Shown here one piece after another: positions 57,836 to 64,000 of a DNA stretch of 64,000 bases (positions are counted from its first letter, which is position 1; each line of letters starts with the position of its first letter). The position numbers and the translations under genes were made by a program. This DNA comes from Lysobacterales bacterium (lineage in GTDB: Bacteria; Pseudomonadota; Gammaproteobacteria; Xanthomonadales; Rhodanobacteraceae): contig JAATFF010000120.1 in the NCBI GenBank assembly GCA_015655335.1, positions 385-64,384 on the forward strand. Direction: 5' to 3'. The notes under the pieces were generated by a model, which did no database searches, was not told the origin of the DNA, and saw only the letters and a program-made list of their open reading frames with translations.

Positions 57836-57870
57836 GCCTAACTCTAATTCGACCCCAAAAATGGGGTGTT
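57836..57870 (-). mobile_element. Putative attI site
   Basis: Minus strand ...GGGGTCGAATTAGA-GTTAGGC: a core site with no matching RYYYAAC arm, at the head of the cassette array. Confidence 0.55.
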
Positions 57871-58041
57871 GCACGGAGTATGTGGTTAGCTGACGGATGG
57901 CTACAAGGGCTCGCTGACCAATCCAATTCTATGAATTGCGTACCTTCGCCAGGGTTGCAATTGACGAATGGCGACTTTGTTATCAGGCATTTTTGAAGAT
58001 GTATAAGTTATGCAGGCGATTTGTCGGTGTAACGGCATACA

Positions 58042-62595
<4,554 letters not shown>

Positions 62596-62749
62596 CGTCG
62601 ATGGCCCGCGTGGGTGCGGGAGCGGTTCGTCGATCATACATAGGGCCCGGTTGCAGCGCGGTAAAGGCCTGCCCTGGCTACCGGCGTTCCGCGGCGCTGG
62701 CTTTGGGCATCTTCTAGGGCGGCTGTCTCGGTGGATGAGACTCCTGACA

Positions 62750-62833
62750 CCCGTCGTCCCGGCGAAGGCCGGGACCCAGCGTCTTAAATGTGAGGCGAAG
62801 GCACTGGGTCCCGGCCTTCGCCGGGACGACGGG
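62750..62833. repeat. REP doublet (REPIN-like)
   Basis: CCCGTCGTCCCGGCGAAGGCCGGGACCCAG ... CTGGGTCCCGGCCTTCGCCGGGACGACGGG perfect inverted pair. Confidence 0.9.
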
Positions 62834-62871
62834 TTGAAAGATGACGGTTGTATGCAGCTATTCGAGGCTTT

Positions 62872-63822
62872 TTATGCGGCGAGCGATGCACCTGGCCATT
62901 GAACGCCGGTCAGCTGTTCAGAAACCCGCCATAACCGTTCCGCGACCGTGCGGTCGCGCGCTTCCTTGCCGATCTTCGCCTCGCCCACGGGCCCTTTCAT
63001 CTCGAACGCGTTTTGCGGTCCGTAGTAGCCCGCTTTCTTGGCATCGGGCGACGTAGCGGCGTACAGGGTCGGCAACGCGCCATCGGCGGCGGATTGGGAA
63101 AGAAGCACTCTGAGCGGACCGCCGAATTGCTGAGATGGCGTGGCGCGCCCCAGGCTTGGGCCGCTGGTTTGCAGCGCTGTCCGCGCGTAGCCAGGATGAC
63201 AGGCGTCGCTGAGCAAACCCCAACCGTTGGCATCGCTACGGCGTTGCAATTCTAATCCGAACATCAGCAGCGCCAACTTCGATTGCGCGTAAGCGCGCCA
63301 CGGCTGGTAGCGGCGTTCCCATTGCAGGTCGTCGAAGTGAATGGCGGCCAGCATGCGGTGCGCGCCGCTGCTTACGTTCACCACGCGCGGTTGTTTGCCT
63401 GCGCGCAAAACGGGTAGCAAGTAATGCGTCAGCGCGAAGTGGCCGAGGTAGTTGGTGCCGAACTGCAGCTCAAAGCCATCGCGCGTGGCGAAGCGCGTGG
63501 GCGGCACCATCACGCCGGCGTTGTTGATGAGCAGATCCAGCGCACCGTGTTCGCGCGAGAACTGTTCGGCGAAGGCCGATACCGAAGCCAAATTCGCCAG
63601 ATCGAGATGGGCATAGCGAACGGTGGCGCGTGGATGTTGCGCGTGGATGCGCTTCAGCGCGGCCTCGCCTTTGGCATCATCGCGACCCGTCAACACCACA
63701 TTCGCACCAGCGCCCGCGAGGGCGAGCGCAGCCTCGAGGCCGATGCCGCTGGTGGCGCCGGTGATCACCACAAGGCGGCCTTGCTGCGGCGGGATATCGC
63801 GGACAGTCCAGGGTGTGCTCAC
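62872..63822 (-). CDS. SDR oxidoreductase (retinol dehydrogenase-like)
   Basis: ITGATSGIG, LINNAGVM, FGTNYLGHFALT, YAQSK. Confidence 0.92.
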   Translation of the reverse strand: MSTPWTVRDIPPQQGRLVVITGATSGIGLEAALALAGAGANVVLTGRDDAKGEAALKRIHAQHPRATVRYAHLDLANLASVSAFAEQFSREHGALDLLINNAGVMVPPTRFATRDGFELQFGTNYLGHFALTHYLLPVLRAGKQPRVVNVSSGAHRMLAAIHFDDLQWERRYQPWRAYAQSKLALLMFGLELQRRSDANGWGLLSDACHPGYARTALQTSGPSLGRATPSQQFGGPLRVLLSQSAADGALPTLYAATSPDAKKAGYYGPQNAFEMKGPVGEAKIGKEARDRTVAERLWRVSEQLTGVQWPGASLAA

Positions 63823-64000
63823 GACTGTTCCCTCACCACGGAAATGTTGGGTAGCGCACCGGCGTCGTCCGCGTCGGTGGACAGGCTGACCGCGTGCCAG
63901 CGTTCCGCATCGGCTCGGCGTGCCGCATCCACAAGGTTGAAGAAATGCACGGCGTCGCTGCCTAGCAGCAGATGTTCCGGCGGCGCATCGTGACGCGCCA
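63819..64000 (-). CDS. C-terminus of a probable SDR oxidoreductase (truncated by window edge)
   Basis: ...DAPPEHLLLGSDA...WHAVSLSTD...*. GTGA overlap with the next gene. Confidence 0.65.
   Translation of the reverse strand, partial: ARHDAPPEHLLLGSDAVHFFNLVDAARRADAERWHAVSLSTDADDAGALPNISVVREQS

Noticed and set aside
54866-57870. CRISPR array
   Set aside because: The palindromic repeats are separated by whole genes and have RYYYAAC/GTTRRRY ends typical of attC; no cas genes.

Overview
GC-rich bacterial chromosome window. Gene content, codon style and repeat families suggest Rhodanobacteraceae/Xanthomonadales (Dyella-like); this is inferred, not searched. From left to right: (1) a partial phosphoesterase, a DUF3617 protein and a large secreted CxxCH protein with cytochrome P460-like motifs. 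(2) A ~1950-aa He_PIG-repeat autotransporter, divergent from three phage-tail-collar paralogs plus a GNAT, with a convergent DUF6916 gene; no other phage genes are present. (3) Three tandem MdtC-like RND permeases with no MFP or OMF gene, each preceded by the same ~40-60 bp upstream motif. (4) btuB with a cobalamin riboswitch that has a MITE inserted just after the aptamer. (5) A ~20 kb accessory patchwork: SPFH/Arc, PhnZ-like HD protein, DUF748, RDD, AraC/VOC, Fur-boxed siderophore receptor, TfpZ, CGNR-regulated hydrolases, DyP, SLOG and a GGDEF protein. (6) A GntR gene divergent from zwf-pgl-edd-eda, with an internal amber stop in pgl. (7) An S10 peptidase. (8) A decaying integrase-less integron cassette array with attI-like and attC sites. 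(9) An Lhr helicase carrying an in-frame palindromic repeat insertion, and two SDRs. No rRNA, tRNA or CRISPR array was seen. All family assignments come from motif recognition by eye.
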